Virus record (IMG/VR): IMGVR_UViG_3300031950_000004
Coordinates: 1-36,052 of that record
Reading direction: 5' to 3' (one strand)
Length of the DNA stretch: 36,052 bases
From: a virus
Lineage: Duplodnaviria > Caudoviricetes
The notes beneath the pieces were generated by a model that was not told the origin of the DNA, did no database searches, and saw nothing but the letters and a program-made list of their open reading frames with translations. Both the position numbers and the translations under genes were made by a program. Numbering within the stretch: position 1 is the stretch's first letter; the number at the start of each line of letters is the position of its first letter. Shown piece after piece: positions 10,187-19,412 of this stretch.

Positions 10187-10593
10187 TTGTTGATTACCTC
10201 CAGAGTTATTCTCGAACCCAAGTACATAACGTCTGCTACCTGGATAGTTTGCATCCCTGCACTAGAACAAGTTTCTATATGGTCTGCGCTCCCTCCAAGG
10301 GTTGGATCTTCTATCAGACCTTCCATAACCGTTTGGATAGCGGACTCCAAAATCGCTCTTTGCTCTGGACGGATCTTTTGTGCTACGGGAGTTGCAATAA
10401 CGTCGATGAACCACACAGAAGTCCACATAACGGAAAGACCCCTCCAAGAAGCACTCAATCTCTCCAGTCCAAACCAAGCCAACGGAAGGTTAGCAGTATT
10501 TACATTGGCAGGCAAATCGTCCAAACAGGTAAAAGACTTGGCTACAATAGCATTTTTTATACCTGTTCGAACGGAAGACAAGCTAAAACTCAT
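10183..10593 (-). CDS. Putative tail terminator / head-tail joining protein
   Basis: 136 aa; DPTLGG motif common in tail-completion proteins; position before the tail tube. Confidence 0.6.
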   Translation of the reverse strand: MSFSLSSVRTGIKNAIVAKSFTCLDDLPANVNTANLPLAWFGLERLSASWRGLSVMWTSVWFIDVIATPVAQKIRPEQRAILESAIQTVMEGLIEDPTLGGSADHIETCSSAGMQTIQVADVMYLGSRITLEVINK

Positions 10594-11138
10594 ACCAAAT
10601 ACCTTCTGTACGGCTTAATTTGGATCATTACATCCTTTGGAATCCCCTGTGGAATTACAATCTGACCGACCTCAGGCATGGCTGTTACGTCGAAAACTTG
10701 CGAGTCCTTTTGCCGATACAAAAAAGCAGCCAACCTTGTGCAAGCCATTTTTATGTCTGCTGGTACTTGAGCCGAAAAACCCCAGCTCCCAGACACTTCC
10801 CAAAAAGCTAAATCCTGATCGGAAGGATAGTAGAAATTTTTCAATTTGATTTTGGTTTTGGCTTCCGAATTTTTCGGAAGAAGGACGATGTCTGCTGGAG
10901 GGATGGTAACAGAATCCAAAACCAAAGAGTTTAATTGCAAAAGATCTTGGTCTAGCAGGATAGTATCTCCTCGCTCCCAAGCAAAATAACGGGTTTCCGT
11001 TCTAGACTCAAAATATCTAGAAGTGTAATTCTCGATTATAGCTTTTGCAGCGTTGATGCAATTTTGCAGGATTGTGTCGTCCGAAGACGACACAATCCCG
11101 AGATAAGTTTTCAGCTCTGCTAAAGTTATCAAGCTCAT
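10590..11138 (-). CDS. Head-tail connector (HK97 gp6/SPP1 gp15-like)
   Basis: LITLAELKTYLGI...DDTILQNCINAA...IENYT and VPADIKMAC...LY signatures. Confidence 0.88.
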   Translation of the reverse strand: MSLITLAELKTYLGIVSSSDDTILQNCINAAKAIIENYTSRYFESRTETRYFAWERGDTILLDQDLLQLNSLVLDSVTIPPADIVLLPKNSEAKTKIKLKNFYYPSDQDLAFWEVSGSWGFSAQVPADIKMACTRLAAFLYRQKDSQVFDVTAMPEVGQIVIPQGIPKDVMIQIKPYRRYLV

Positions 11139-11509
11139 ACAGATATCAACCCAGCCAGAAGTCCTGCGTAAACCGATGCCGTAGGAGAGGTTCCAGCCAG
11201 AGTGATTACACTCCGCACGAATGGATAGGGTAAATCCACATTTACCTCCACAGATCCTGCATCAGAGATCGCAGTTGTTGTAGCACTAGGAATATCCGTC
11301 CAGTTGGAAGTGCCATTCACACTGCCCTGCAGCTTAACCGTAACGGTCGGACTGGTACCTCCAAGTTCACCCACGGAAACAACCATTTTGGACTTCCGTC
11401 GAGTGGATACTTTTTCTGTTTTTAGATTTATGGCAGCTCCATTGGTGGAACCTGCCCCAGACAACGCTTTGGCGTTTGCCAAAGGAATAACCTTATATTG
11501 TCCTAACAC
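11135..11509 (-). CDS. Putative capsid decoration/cement protein
   Basis: 124 aa beta-rich (STNGAAINL...VTVKLQGS...WTDI) right after the capsid gene; GTG start with SD AGGAGGT. Confidence 0.6.
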   Translation of the reverse strand: MLGQYKVIPLANAKALSGAGSTNGAAINLKTEKVSTRRKSKMVVSVGELGGTSPTVTVKLQGSVNGTSNWTDIPSATTTAISDAGSVEVNVDLPYPFVRSVITLAGTSPTASVYAGLLAGLISV

Positions 11510-11522
11510 AGCTCACCTCCTA

Positions 11523-12782
11523 TTATGAAGTAGCACACTTCTGAACGCGGAATCGCCAGGGCTCCAGAGTCATTCCACCCACCCGCTTGCGGGCTAAGAA
11601 CAAAGTGGTGTTGAGTTCGGCATAAACCTCAGACAACCTCTGGATAGACAATCCTGTGCGATCCGCAATTACGTAACCTGTAAAGTCGCCAAATAGAATC
11701 GGATAAGCGTTTGCAGCACAGTCTGGCATAAACTCATCCAGCACAATTGGCTTGCCTTTAAGGTTGTCGAACTCTCCCGTCTGCAGAGAGGCTGACATCA
11801 AACTAGAAACGATGTATCGGTTGGAAGAGTCTTTTAGCTTTTCGATGACCTTCTGCGTGGGCGAGTTCATAACCCAGCGAGCATTGCGACGGTATTGTGC
11901 AGGGAGAGCATAATACAGGTCAATTAGCCCATCTGCGGTGAGAGAACTAGCGCTACCAGATGGTACAGCAGCGATGTCCGCACCTGCTTCCTGCAGGATG
12001 CCTCTGGGCTGTCGAATACCTGTCCCATTGACGAAAGCTTCGTCTTCTCCGAGAGCAAATGCCTCTCCGAACAGACTGGTAAGTAGCCCAGCCACATCCA
12101 CAGCAGAGTCCTCCAAAAGGTCGTTGGAAACTGGAGCGCTCGCCATAGCCGTATGCACGTCAATTTTCTTCAGACCAAACATGCTCGTAAGACCCGCAGC
12201 TCGATGCTCTATGGAAGTTGCAGGAAGCTCTCCTGTCCATGTGAGTCTTACGGTAGAAGTGTATATATCGTCCGCAGTGTAATTCAACACAGGGAATGGA
12301 ACAGAATCTCTGCTGGTCGTAATTACCCGACAGAATTGACGGATCGTGGACATGGCAGCGATTTTCTTGAGCAGGGCACCCATCGTGTCGGGAGGTACCA
12401 GAAAACCTCCCGCAGGGTCTAAACCTTCTTGTAGTTGTTTACGATCTGACGGGGTCATGTAATCGAGACCTTTGACCATGTAAGCCTCGAAAACTTTGTC
12501 GTAACCCTTTTGCAGTGTTCCGACAGGGATTCGATACTTTACCTGTCCAACTTCGATCCAAGATTTTTCGTCCACTGCAACATCTGGTACGACCGTTTCC
12601 GTCCATGTTACCTTTGGTTTTTCTGCCCAGCTTTTTAGCTCTTTAACGGTGGATTGCAGTTCTTGTTGCTCTTTGAGACTTTGTGCTTTTTGAACCAACT
12701 GCTTATATTCATCTAAATTCTCGGTCAGATTACCTTTTTCCAGTTCTTCCAGGCGAGACAGAATTTCATTTAAACTTTCCAT
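11523..12782 (-). CDS. Major capsid protein, HK97 fold
   Basis: N-terminal coiled-coil delta domain, GGFLVP, SNDLLEDS, FVNGTG.QPRGIL, ILFGDF motifs. Confidence 0.96.
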   Translation of the reverse strand: MESLNEILSRLEELEKGNLTENLDEYKQLVQKAQSLKEQQELQSTVKELKSWAEKPKVTWTETVVPDVAVDEKSWIEVGQVKYRIPVGTLQKGYDKVFEAYMVKGLDYMTPSDRKQLQEGLDPAGGFLVPPDTMGALLKKIAAMSTIRQFCRVITTSRDSVPFPVLNYTADDIYTSTVRLTWTGELPATSIEHRAAGLTSMFGLKKIDVHTAMASAPVSNDLLEDSAVDVAGLLTSLFGEAFALGEDEAFVNGTGIRQPRGILQEAGADIAAVPSGSASSLTADGLIDLYYALPAQYRRNARWVMNSPTQKVIEKLKDSSNRYIVSSLMSASLQTGEFDNLKGKPIVLDEFMPDCAANAYPILFGDFTGYVIADRTGLSIQRLSEVYAELNTTLFLARKRVGGMTLEPWRFRVQKCATS

Positions 12783-13762
12783 CTTTTTACCTCCATCAAA
12801 ATTCTATAAAGTTTTGGATCGAAAATCGAAATCCATTCGTCCCAAAGCTCTTTCCGCAAGTGCATTGGGACAATTTTTGCAGCTTGCGCAAGGATATGAG
12901 CATTTTCCACTGACTTAAAGTCGGGTGGTTGCTTATCCATTTCCTTATAATGCTGCGCCAAATGATTGTAAACTCCTTCCCGATCTGTCTCCGGAATTTT
13001 TACCCCTCCTCTAGCCCCCATCAGAGCCGCCATCGCGGCTCGAACACCGTTCCAAACCGCATTGCCTACCCCACTTTTGGAAGGAGCGTGATGGGGCAAC
13101 TTTAAATCTCCAAAAGTCTCTGGAGGGTAGTTTACGGAGAAAGCATAATGATTCGCGATGCGCTTTTTTTCCGAAGTGTCTAAATTCTCGAAAGAATTTT
13201 CGTCCGTAAAATCGGAAAGATTCGGAGCATTCCAATCAGATTCTAAATCAATTCCATAAGAGTGAAACGGTATTACCGTCTTCTGCACTATCCTTGTTTC
13301 AGGATTCGCACCCCAGTTTACGAAGGACAAATCCCACAGGATAACCTCCTGGATGTGACGGACATTGTCTTTTAAGTACCACTTGTTCTTTACGATGTCG
13401 AAACCAATGGAAGCTTCTCGCACTGCTCCAGCTTTAATAGCTTGGTAAACCTCTTGTGCGCGAGCAGTCGGGAGGAATTTTACCGTTCCCTTTAGAACGG
13501 TTTCCACACCTGATTGTTTCATTTCTTCGGAAAATTTGTCCGTTTCTTCCAGAGATTGCAAAACCCCCACTGGAACCTCATCGAATTTGTGTTGCCACAA
13601 AACTCGAATTCGGTTGCCTCGCTCTCGGATTGTTTTTTTGAACGCTCCAGGATAAATTTTGTCGTTTACAGAGTCCACATTTCCAGTAGTTGCAAAGATC
13701 GCTTCCACTAACCCCTCTTCCGATAGAAGCTCTGGAGAATGGGAAATTGTTTTAACCTCCAT
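12770..13762 (-). CDS. HK97-family prohead protease with C-terminal extension
   Basis: NVDSVNDKIYPGAF, VLWQH, SIGF, LWDLSFVNWGANP; extra ~150 aa C-terminal domain. Confidence 0.92.
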   Translation of the reverse strand: MEVKTISHSPELLSEEGLVEAIFATTGNVDSVNDKIYPGAFKKTIRERGNRIRVLWQHKFDEVPVGVLQSLEETDKFSEEMKQSGVETVLKGTVKFLPTARAQEVYQAIKAGAVREASIGFDIVKNKWYLKDNVRHIQEVILWDLSFVNWGANPETRIVQKTVIPFHSYGIDLESDWNAPNLSDFTDENSFENLDTSEKKRIANHYAFSVNYPPETFGDLKLPHHAPSKSGVGNAVWNGVRAAMAALMGARGGVKIPETDREGVYNHLAQHYKEMDKQPPDFKSVENAHILAQAAKIVPMHLRKELWDEWISIFDPKLYRILMEVKRWKV

Positions 13763-13785
13763 GTTTTTATTATACCTCCATTTTC

Positions 13786-14217
13786 TTACAAATTTTTAAG
13801 CAGTCGATCTATGGCTTTGGTAAAGGTTTCTATTATTTCTGGTTCACCCTTCTGCATGACGTCTGCCAACCTCCACCAACGTTTAGCGTGATACCAAACT
13901 TGACCTTTGCCTTGTGCATCACCGATAACATATTTAGCGTATTGCACGTTTGTACCCACCCAACCAATTTTTCTATCGGATTCCACATAGGACTCTGCAT
14001 CAGGATTGCCCCGACCTTTTAGCACGGCAAGACTTTTTCCCAGACGCATTGTCCTGCGTGTAGGACTTTTTGCATCTGATGGGTAAGGTGGATAAGGTGG
14101 TACAAGCTCTAACGCTCTGTAAACAGCAGCTTCCATGCCTTGATGGAGGATTTCTCGAAATGTGGATTCGGACAGTTTAAGTGCTTGTTCGATATCTACA
14201 ATTATCTCAACTTGCAT
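13786..14217 (-). CDS. HK97 gp10-like / virion morphogenesis protein
   Basis: RTMRLGKS and VGTNVQYAKYV motifs; ATG 14217 overlaps the MuF stop; start could extend to 14241. Confidence 0.65.
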   Translation of the reverse strand: MQVEIIVDIEQALKLSESTFREILHQGMEAAVYRALELVPPYPPYPSDAKSPTRRTMRLGKSLAVLKGRGNPDAESYVESDRKIGWVGTNVQYAKYVIGDAQGKGQVWYHAKRWWRLADVMQKGEPEIIETFTKAIDRLLKNL

Positions 14218-16102
14218 TGAAAGTTTCTTCCCACTCGGCAATAATTTTATCTATCTTTCGGCGAGTTTGCTCCGCAAGCAGTTTACCCCATTCTTCCATC
14301 TCTTTTTCTGGATTGCCACTTAGATGTAGCCAATCCGCACTGTCCGATCCAGGCACTACAACATAGTAACCGTTTTCACCCATATAAACAATAGTATCCG
14401 ACATTGACTTTTTAACTCCTTTCTGCACTAAATGATACCTTCCATTTTTAATTACTCTAACACGATCCACAGCAGTTCCTAAAACTACAAATTCTTGCTC
14501 GTGGTGACAACCAAAACCCGTATAACACGATCCAATAATGCGAGATCGTGGAATTTTTGCACAAACTATTATAAATCCGAAATTAGAAGCGATACTCATG
14601 CTAAAACTCCAGGATTCCATAGCATTTCCATGATACTCTACCACCTCTCCTGGTGGAAATTTAGCCAAGTCCTCATCAGAAACATTAAACCCTCGAAAAA
14701 GCGTAACATATTCTGGCAAAATATCCTTTAGGGTCTTCTGGGAATACTTATACATTTCCCGTAGAAATTCTTCTTGATGGGTTATGATTTGAACTATCGC
14801 TTGTGAGTATTTATTAACAATGAACTCCAATAAACTTTTTTCGGTGGTCAAAGTTTGCATAGCGTCTGATTTAATCTCTTGCAAAATTTCTTCTATTATC
14901 AAACTTCCACCAAAATCCGTAAGCTGACCCCCATAAAAATTCAGTTCTTCAGGGATTATCTCGAATAAAATAAATTGAATCCTTTCAATATTCCAATTTC
15001 CCTTTTTGTCTGTTACACCTCTCACATCGAACTGAAAACTTAAAGAATTTTTAAACTTTTCAATTGCAGCTTTTTTCAAACTCTCCAAACCATCCCCAAT
15101 TATTTCCACATACTTGGAGTTTTGCCATTCTGGCCACCACGTTTTGAAAATTTTATGTGCTAAATATTGTAAAGCTATAGACAGAGTCTGATCATTGGAG
15201 GAAATAGCCCAAGCTTTAATCCATGAATTAAACACATAAATGGGTTTTCTAATCCCTTGGGATTCTAAAATCCTGCTAAACTGTAAAGAAATAAAACTTT
15301 TAAGTCTTTGAGCAAGCATCCAGTGCTCTGGAATAGATTTTTCTTGGTCAATTAAATTTCTGAAAAATTTATCTAAATCTTTCCTTAGCTTAACATTTTC
15401 CTCAGAGACTTTATCGAAAAGTAAACTTAGATTGGATTCTTCTGGCGGAAAAGCACTTTTACGGAGAGGATCCTCCAAAACCGCAGGATCTGGAACCGCA
15501 GGTAAAGCCTCCAAAGCTGGTGCAACTCTATAAAGATCTGGATTTACCGCTGGACGTATAGCGCAACGACAATTTACATGTGCTGGAGGATCAGCGACAT
15601 CTACACTAAATTGCGCCATTTTTTCCACCACTTTGCCTTCCAAACCCCCACACACTGGACAAACCTTCTCGTCCATAGCCGTGAACCACTTTTTCCCTTG
15701 CACCCATGGAGTTTTGTCCCAGACTCGCAGATTGGTCTGCGCATAAATCCGCGTAGACTCCGTCATAGCTATTTTTTTAGCTCTGTCTGCGGAGAAAATC
15801 CCTGCTTGCTGGATGCGTTTTACCAGCCAAGAGTGTGGATGCCCTCCACGGATGTACTCATCGAAAATCTCTCTAAGAGATTTTGCCGTGCTGACATTAA
15901 TGCCAGACACCATCTCAAAACCGTATGTGGCTATAAACTCTGGCAGATTCGGGTCGAATTGGTGCAAATTCACTCCGACGGCTGGATTGGTTAATTGCAA
16001 AGACAACTTTATTTGCTTCTCCAAAACCCCCATTTGTCTTTGGAGATCACTCCAAAGTCTTTCTAACTCTGACTGCCAGAATTCCTCCCAAGTTTTGCTC
16101 AT
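14207..16102 (-). CDS. MuF/SPP1 gp7-family minor head protein fused to a C-terminal ADP-ribosyltransferase-like domain
   Basis: N-terminal RAKKIAMTE, KKWFTAMDEKVCPVC, PPAHVNCRC (MuF); C-terminal LFRG...ESWS...HEQEFVV (R-S-E ART pattern). Confidence 0.85.
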   Translation of the reverse strand: MSKTWEEFWQSELERLWSDLQRQMGVLEKQIKLSLQLTNPAVGVNLHQFDPNLPEFIATYGFEMVSGINVSTAKSLREIFDEYIRGGHPHSWLVKRIQQAGIFSADRAKKIAMTESTRIYAQTNLRVWDKTPWVQGKKWFTAMDEKVCPVCGGLEGKVVEKMAQFSVDVADPPAHVNCRCAIRPAVNPDLYRVAPALEALPAVPDPAVLEDPLRKSAFPPEESNLSLLFDKVSEENVKLRKDLDKFFRNLIDQEKSIPEHWMLAQRLKSFISLQFSRILESQGIRKPIYVFNSWIKAWAISSNDQTLSIALQYLAHKIFKTWWPEWQNSKYVEIIGDGLESLKKAAIEKFKNSLSFQFDVRGVTDKKGNWNIERIQFILFEIIPEELNFYGGQLTDFGGSLIIEEILQEIKSDAMQTLTTEKSLLEFIVNKYSQAIVQIITHQEEFLREMYKYSQKTLKDILPEYVTLFRGFNVSDEDLAKFPPGEVVEYHGNAMESWSFSMSIASNFGFIIVCAKIPRSRIIGSCYTGFGCHHEQEFVVLGTAVDRVRVIKNGRYHLVQKGVKKSMSDTIVYMGENGYYVVVPGSDSADWLHLSGNPEKEMEEWGKLLAEQTRRKIDKIIAEWEETFNAS

Positions 16103-17475
16103 GGAGTTTCCACTTTTTTAGCCCACTGCAGAAAATTTCTCTCTGTCTTTGGCAGCTCTTCCTGCCAAAACTGTTCCAGCGGCTCCGCGATTAGATCCTG
16201 CGCTTTGCGGATGTAAGCATTTAATTCCTCTTCAGATGGTTTCAACGGCTCCGAATTGCTTTTGGACGCTTTTTTAGTCTCTTCAGGATTTGCACTAGAT
16301 CTGGATTCTAAATCCATTTGCTTTAGCATCGGAGACAACCGTTCGTCTTGTTCGAACCCTTCCATATCCAAATACTGTCTAAATTCATTTACAGTAATAA
16401 TACCGTTTTGGCAAGCTTTAAGCAAAACATCCAGCATGTCTTGAAAATCGTTTTGCAGAACCATAATCCGACTGTAGTCCCACTCCCCTGTAGCATCAAA
16501 TTCAGATAAAATCTGATTTTGAACCACATCCAGAATGTCTTCCATTTGCGGTATGAGAACGTTTGTCCAAAACGTCCGCAAAGCTTGCTCGTAATTGCTG
16601 AACGTAGAGCGCTCCAAACCTCCAGGCAAGTTCAACAAAATCGGAGAAACTCCAAAAACCGCACAAATTCTGGATTCCAGCTTGGAATCCATATCACTAA
16701 AATCGAATTCCTCGAAGGAAGTTCCAAGTTTTTCTATATCCGCATCCCCATCCAGAACCGCAGGCATCGACCAATTGCGCATGCCTCCATATTGTGCCGA
16801 CCAGCGTTCTCGCAGTCGCTGGATCTGCTCTGGCTGGATAAACCCTTTAAGCTTCAACACAATGGGTGGAAGTCCTCCGCTCGACAGATATTGATATTGG
16901 AAATTGGTAATCGCATTGTCCAAAGCGACTAAAGGATAAACCACTTTGGCAGGAGCCAGAGCGTTCAAGTGGTATAAAGGATCGTAAAGGTGGAAGTAAA
17001 CCACATCCTCCATCGGAAAAGTTTTCACCTCTGAACCCGTTTGGTATTTCCAGACGATCGCATCCTCTGTAACCACTGCTTGCAGCCAATCTGGTCGCAA
17101 TCGCCAAAGTTGCGCAGGTTTGTTGACTTGATTGCGAACCTTCTGCCATGCCGAGCAACCAAACAAGCTCAAATCCACAATAATATATCTCCAAAGGTCA
17201 GCTTCGTTCATCAAAGGATTCGGCTTTTGGATCAACCGCACAGCAGGATCTTCCTCCTCTAGAAGCTTCCCATTGCGAAAAACGTTTAGATGCACCTTGC
17301 TCGCGCTGTTAGCTTTGAAGTTCACAGCCGCGAAAACGATTGGGTTTTTCTTGTATGCTTCCTCGACAAGCTTTTCCGAGGATTCGGTCCCAAAACTCCA
17401 GCTCCCCCAATTAGACGGAAAAAGCACGCTCGACCATGCGAACTGTTTAACTCGATTGAAAAACCTTTTTAGCAT
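16099..17475 (-). CDS. Portal protein, HK97 family
   Basis: NPIVFAAV, KPNPLM, LWRLRPD, RICAVFGVSP, FSNYEQ, IITVNEFR motifs; start at 17475 after SD GGAGGT. Confidence 0.95.
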   Translation of the reverse strand: MLKRFFNRVKQFAWSSVLFPSNWGSWSFGTESSEKLVEEAYKKNPIVFAAVNFKANSASKVHLNVFRNGKLLEEEDPAVRLIQKPNPLMNEADLWRYIIVDLSLFGCSAWQKVRNQVNKPAQLWRLRPDWLQAVVTEDAIVWKYQTGSEVKTFPMEDVVYFHLYDPLYHLNALAPAKVVYPLVALDNAITNFQYQYLSSGGLPPIVLKLKGFIQPEQIQRLRERWSAQYGGMRNWSMPAVLDGDADIEKLGTSFEEFDFSDMDSKLESRICAVFGVSPILLNLPGGLERSTFSNYEQALRTFWTNVLIPQMEDILDVVQNQILSEFDATGEWDYSRIMVLQNDFQDMLDVLLKACQNGIITVNEFRQYLDMEGFEQDERLSPMLKQMDLESRSSANPEETKKASKSNSEPLKPSEEELNAYIRKAQDLIAEPLEQFWQEELPKTERNFLQWAKKVETP

Positions 17476-17485
17476 ATTACCTCCA

Positions 17486-18871
17486 TCAAACATAAACTCC
17501 TACGCCAAATTTGACCCCGTGCAAAGCCAAAGCAATTGCAGCCAAAGCGTCCGACAAGTGTCCACTCCCAAAAACGTTATCCATCGTCGAAAACTTAAGC
17601 TCGTTGTAAAGATATCGAATCATCGGGAATCTGATTTTCCCGTTCTGTATCCAAACGATAGCACGGGAAAGCAGCTCTGTCCTGTCTCTGCCGACCATAA
17701 TGAAAGGATTGGCAGAGGTTTCCAAATAATCCTGTACCACGTCCCCCAAACCCGTTCCATCGTGAGTGGAGCGGAACGGCTTGTACATGCGGTTTACGTA
17801 GTCCAATCGTTCCAACATTAGTTTCCAAGGTTGTTGTTGTCGGCGCTCAAAGGTAACCAATCGAAAAGGATCGCAATCGATCCGGATGGTTACGATAACT
17901 GTATAGTCTTCCTTGCGAGCCCAATCCGCTCCTGTTACATAGATCCCCTCTGGGGCTGGCGGCTCCACTTGGATAAACTGGTTTACACGACCCTCCCAAA
18001 CTTGAGAGACATCGAAAATCTGCAGCAAAACCTCGTCCGAAAAAACCCGATTACTAGGGTTAGGCTCTTGCAATTCATATTCCATGTTCCACATTTGTTC
18101 GGTTATTTCGTGCTTTTTGCGCTCGATTTCCTCTTCCTCCAGCCAGCCATCTATCGGATTAGACGATTCCTTGTAACACCACGTGAAAACTTTCCAATCC
18201 CTTTGCTTAGCTCTATGCATAATTTCGCTCATGGTTCCATCCGCATACTGCCAAGTAGACGACAAAACCGTCTGCGATTTTATGCCTTTTTTGGAGAGCG
18301 TTTGACCAAGAGCGGCTTCCAACACGGAAAGATCCATCTCATCGATCTCGTCCATGCGCAATCTCTGTGGATGGGGTCCTCGCACACTGCGTTGGGAAGC
18401 CATAAGTGCCTGGATCGAATTGCCCATGATGAACCGAGTTTCCGTCTGGGACGGATCGGAAGCCAAAAGGTATCTCGGAGCAGATGGTCTGGACAAAAAT
18501 TGCTGGATGTAACGGTGTACACGTTTAGATTGCTCTCCAGAACCTCCCAAAACAGCCACATCCGCTCCCAGCAAGATGGACTCCGTCAATCCCAGCAGAG
18601 CCAGCAAAAAGCTCTTTCCACCAAATTCTCTGCTGGCATGCCACACTGCTATGCTGGAACGCGCAAAAAACGCATGCGCGAACGCTTCCCACGGAGAACA
18701 GTGCTCTGGGCAGACTCTGGTTCGAGGAATGGTAACTCCCCACGCCAGTTGGACAAATTTATGCAGCGTTTCTTCGGTTTGGATTGGAAGGATGACTTTT
18801 ACCGTATTGCTAGAATTTAGACTAAGATTCGACTTCTTTGCTTCCATTGTCAGAGAGGTCAAAACTCCCAT
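17486..18871 (-). CDS. terL: Terminase large subunit
   Basis: Walker A-like SREFGGKS, Walker B LRMDEIDE, coupling SST, nuclease GADWARKEDYTV and DGTGLGD; upstream of portal; start may be 18847. Confidence 0.92.
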   Translation of the reverse strand: MGVLTSLTMEAKKSNLSLNSSNTVKVILPIQTEETLHKFVQLAWGVTIPRTRVCPEHCSPWEAFAHAFFARSSIAVWHASREFGGKSFLLALLGLTESILLGADVAVLGGSGEQSKRVHRYIQQFLSRPSAPRYLLASDPSQTETRFIMGNSIQALMASQRSVRGPHPQRLRMDEIDEMDLSVLEAALGQTLSKKGIKSQTVLSSTWQYADGTMSEIMHRAKQRDWKVFTWCYKESSNPIDGWLEEEEIERKKHEITEQMWNMEYELQEPNPSNRVFSDEVLLQIFDVSQVWEGRVNQFIQVEPPAPEGIYVTGADWARKEDYTVIVTIRIDCDPFRLVTFERRQQQPWKLMLERLDYVNRMYKPFRSTHDGTGLGDVVQDYLETSANPFIMVGRDRTELLSRAIVWIQNGKIRFPMIRYLYNELKFSTMDNVFGSGHLSDALAAIALALHGVKFGVGVYV

Positions 18872-19181
18872 GGGAGACGTCTTGCAACAAAATATATCGA
18901 TTGCCTTGCGCGTCTACCAGGTTGTCGAAATAAGTTTTACGGGTTAGCCATTCCTGCACAGTCTCGACCAAGCTGAGCCACTCTCTTGGATTTAGCTCCA
19001 TCAGAATCGGCTCACCTGGCATGGCAGGATGTGGAGGGAAAACTGCCTTACCATGCACTAGCAGATCCGCAAGAATCTGCGCGATGACTTCCTTGCGCTT
19101 TTTGCGCTGGGATGGGGTTATGATATAGCCCTCCAACTTGCGTTCCACCAGTGCTTGGACGGAAATTTTGGGTCTGCGCAT
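18822..19181 (-). CDS. Putative terminase small subunit
   Basis: 119 aa, first gene of the late operon, overlaps terL; positional call only. Confidence 0.5.
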   Translation of the reverse strand: MRRPKISVQALVERKLEGYIITPSQRKKRKEVIAQILADLLVHGKAVFPPHPAMPGEPILMELNPREWLSLVETVQEWLTRKTYFDNLVDAQGNRYILLQDVSHGSFDLSDNGSKEVES

Positions 19182-19232
19182 GGAATTAATTATACCCTAA
19201 ATCAGAGCAGCCGTCTCTGGAGAGACGACTGC
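19182..19232 (-). promoter_or_regulatory. Putative late-operon promoter: TATAAT 7 nt before ATG, with an inverted repeat in the -35 zone
   Basis: TATAAT at 19194-19189, no SD before ATG 19181; imperfect inverted repeat gcagccgtctc/gagacgactgc at 19207-19232. Confidence 0.55.
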
Positions 19233-19412
19233 CCGTGATAAGAAGGAGCAGGGAGAGGGAGGAACGGAAAGGAATCCTGAGTGTATTATAACGCATTTTT
19301 CCATCACGGAAAAGGTTTTTTGGATTTACGCAAAAAAAATTTAGCAGTGGATTCGATCGATTTATCGGAAAACTTGCTGTGCAATTTTTTAATATTCGGT
19401 TTTTCGAATCAT

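Noticed and set aside
17831-18820. 329-aa plus-strand ORF (also 17132-17821 and 9917-10618)
   Set aside because: Antisense shadows of terminase, portal and head-tail genes, with no motifs or convincing SD.
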